This document shows positions 61,750-64,000 of a stretch of 64,000 bases of DNA, in pieces (position 1 is the stretch's first letter; every line of letters starts with the position of its first letter). The stretch comes from Callorhinchus milii (Eukaryota), in NCBI RefSeq assembly GCF_018977255.1, contig NW_024704752.1:9858001-9922000 (forward strand), in the 5' to 3' direction. The notes under the pieces were generated by a model. It worked only from the letters and a program-made list of their open reading frames with translations, was not told the origin of the DNA and made no database searches. The translations under genes were made by a program, and so were the position numbers.

Positions 61750-62580
61750 GGGTAGCCAGGTGACTGAAGGTCAAAGAGGATGGTCTTGAGACGTGCCTTG
61801 AAGGAAGCAAGGGAGGGAGCAAGGCAAAGGGTCTGTGGGATGGAGTTCCAAAGGGTGGAGGCAGAGAGACTGAAGGCCCAACCACTGATAGTGGGGTGGG
61901 CCAGGCGGGGAACATGAAGCCGGCTGGAGACTGCTGAGTAGAGGGAGCGGACAGGTCAATATGGTGTTAACAAGACAGAAGCCATACTCTTCGGCTCCCT
62001 TCAACATCTTCTCTCCTGCAGTTCAGACCTCCTCAACCTACCCAATGTGTTCTTAAAACTCTCTGAACCCATGCGCAACCTCGGCGTCAGGTTATCCTTC
62101 CTCCTTTACATCTAGTCCCTGGGCAGGACCACTTTCCTCCACCTCCGCCACGCTGTCAGTCTCCAACAATATCTCACTCCACAAGCTGCTGAAATCCTTG
62201 TCCACGCCTCCGTCAACTCTCTCTGAGTGTCGAATTTATATTTGAGATATTGTCAGGACATTGGAAGAAACTCCCTTCTGTTTTGGAATAGTGCATTCTC
62301 GGTGCAGACAGTGGAAGCCATTTGCCCATGCTGGCCTTTTCCAAGAAGCAGCACTTTGGTGACTAATGTCAGTGCACCCCTAACCTCTGGAACTCCAAGC
62401 ATCATCACTCAGCCTTATCTCTCTTCATCTATCTTTAAATCACACCTCTTCGACTGCACCAATAGTCACCTCCCCTTCGCTTTCTCCCTTGCTAGGTGTG
62501 CTACCACGTCATTCTGCAGTGCTCTGAGACATTATCCTGGATGAAGGACGATATATGAATACAAGTTGTTGTTGTTGCTG
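61750..62580. mobile_element. L2 fragments in opposite orientations (about 61750-61950 minus; about 62010-62225 and 62360-62580 plus, ending in (GTT)n)
   Basis: Homology to 30830-31010 on the same strand, and to the reverse complement of 31290-31480 and the L2 tail. Confidence 0.7.
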
Positions 62581-63569
62581 TGGTGATACATCTGTGTCCA
62601 TGATGAATGTCCGTGTGACATTAGTGTTAGTTGGAGTCTGCACAACGGTTACTGGTAGCCGTTGTATTCCTTAAATATAACAACATGCCCATTGTTACGA
62701 CAAATAACAGTTGCACAATGTTCAAATGAGACGATCTAAGGAGTAAAGACAAAGAAACAGTGTCTGTGAGCCAATTCGGATGGTTTTGAAGGTCGNAAAA
62801 ATGTGTTTGTCACTAAGTAACTTAAAGTTGAAACAGCCTTTGGAGGGAATAAGACAATAAAGACAATTGTTTCCCCGTTGAAAAACACACTTTTCTGTTT
62901 ATACACGTGGTGATATAAAAGATTTCTTTAATAAAACTATTATTGAAGTATCACCTGAATTTGTGAGCTTGATTCTCTTGGTGTCTGAAATCATAAAATA
63001 TCAAAAGTTAAACTTTAAGGAATATAATTAAAGCAAATATAATATCAGATTGAATCACTTGCAGTAAACATCATAATTCTCTGCATAAGAAGGGAGTCAG
63101 AACATGTAATATTAACAACTGGAACCGTGTTTCAGTTTTTTAATTTTATGTTTTAATTCAAGGTAATTGACACCATCTCAAAATAAACAGCTTTGCAATG
63201 GAAATATCTCCAGATGAAATGCTGGTAATGAATTTGGGATTTGGGCTAAAGGTGGCACCTGGGAATATGTCTACTCCAACATGTGACAACGCTTAATCTT
63301 TAGAAAGACCAGCAAACCATTGGGATTTAGTCAGAAATTAAAGTCGTCAAACACATCCAGTTGGTTGACGTTATTATATATTCTCCTGTAGGGTGACAGG
63401 AATCTTCGTATTTGTTTTCCGTCGTGATTGCAAAGCATGCCCAAATTATTTTGTAACTTTGTTTAAATTTGCTTGCTCAGAGCTCTCTGCTCTACAACTA
63501 TACAAAGACATTAATTGATTTTCTATTGGTTTTCAAGTTGCGGTGAAAACGTGATATTCTGATATAGCA

Positions 63570-63778
63570 ATGTATAACATTTTATTTTGGGGTTTATTGG
63601 CAGTTTTTCATATGCAAAAGGCAGATGATTCAACCTGCAAATTCCAAGGCAAAGTTAAATTACCCGAATTATCTAAAGATGGGGATGTAATTCTTGGAGG
63701 AATTTTCAATGTACATTTGAACAGCTTTCACCAGATTCATTCATTTACAGGTCAACCCGTGGAAACGACGTGCAGCAG
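63570..63778 (+). CDS. G9: exon 1 of a plus-strand V2R/OlfC class C GPCR; continues beyond the window
   Basis: MYNILFWGLLAVFHMQKADDSTCKFQGKVKLPELSKDGDVILGGIFNVH...ETTCS; 209 bp, phase 2, donor GTTAGT as in the other genes. Confidence 0.88.
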
Positions 63779-63872
63779 GTTAGTTTAACCTTATGTCTAA
63801 ATGTAAGTTTGACTTTTTGTAACAAGCTGTGTTAGATTTACTGCTGATAATAGAAACATGGACACGGATATT

Positions 63873-63901
63873 TCTCTCTCTCTCTCTCTCTCTGTCTCTC
63901 T
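63873..63901 (+). repeat. (CT)n microsatellite
   Basis: Direct inspection. Confidence 0.85.
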
Positions 63902-64000
63902 TATCTCCTGTGTTATATTCTGAGTTACAATACCTGCAGTGTTTATTTTAAAATATTCTATGGAAAGGTGGGTGAGAAATTTATTGTCAATTTCAATTGC

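Overview
Vertebrate genomic DNA, most likely a cartilaginous fish (chimaera/shark-type tRNA-derived DeuSINEs with L2-type tails, plus L2 and CR1 LINE debris; this taxonomy is inference). The window is part of a tandem cluster of class C GPCR genes of the V2R/OlfC (vomeronasal type-2, CaSR-like) family. Eight complete six-exon genes lie on the minus strand (G1-G8; exons about 215/292/819/228/124/914 bp, all GT-AG boundaries read from the sequence). There is also exon 1 of a further minus-strand gene at the left edge (G0), exon 1 of a plus-strand gene at the right edge (G9), and two relic exon-6 fragments. G1-G7 form a young subfamily; G8 and G9 are more distant. G1 and G2 carry 1-bp homopolymer deletions that may be assembly errors. 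The most unusual observations: (i) a 90-bp inverted copy of the exon-3 acceptor and exon start sits inside intron 1 of G1 and G2 and could fold back around exon 2; (ii) most genes have an AG|GTRAG recursive-splice-like motif at the start of the in-frame exon 3; (iii) G2 is a G1/G3 chimera; (iv) the array appears to be a higher-order duplication of a three-gene cassette; (v) stop-to-ATG spacers are constant (about 550-570 bp) and transposon-free, and carry conserved promoter motifs; (vi) ligand-pocket patches are hypervariable against near-invariant 7TM exons. No prokaryotic-type system is present.
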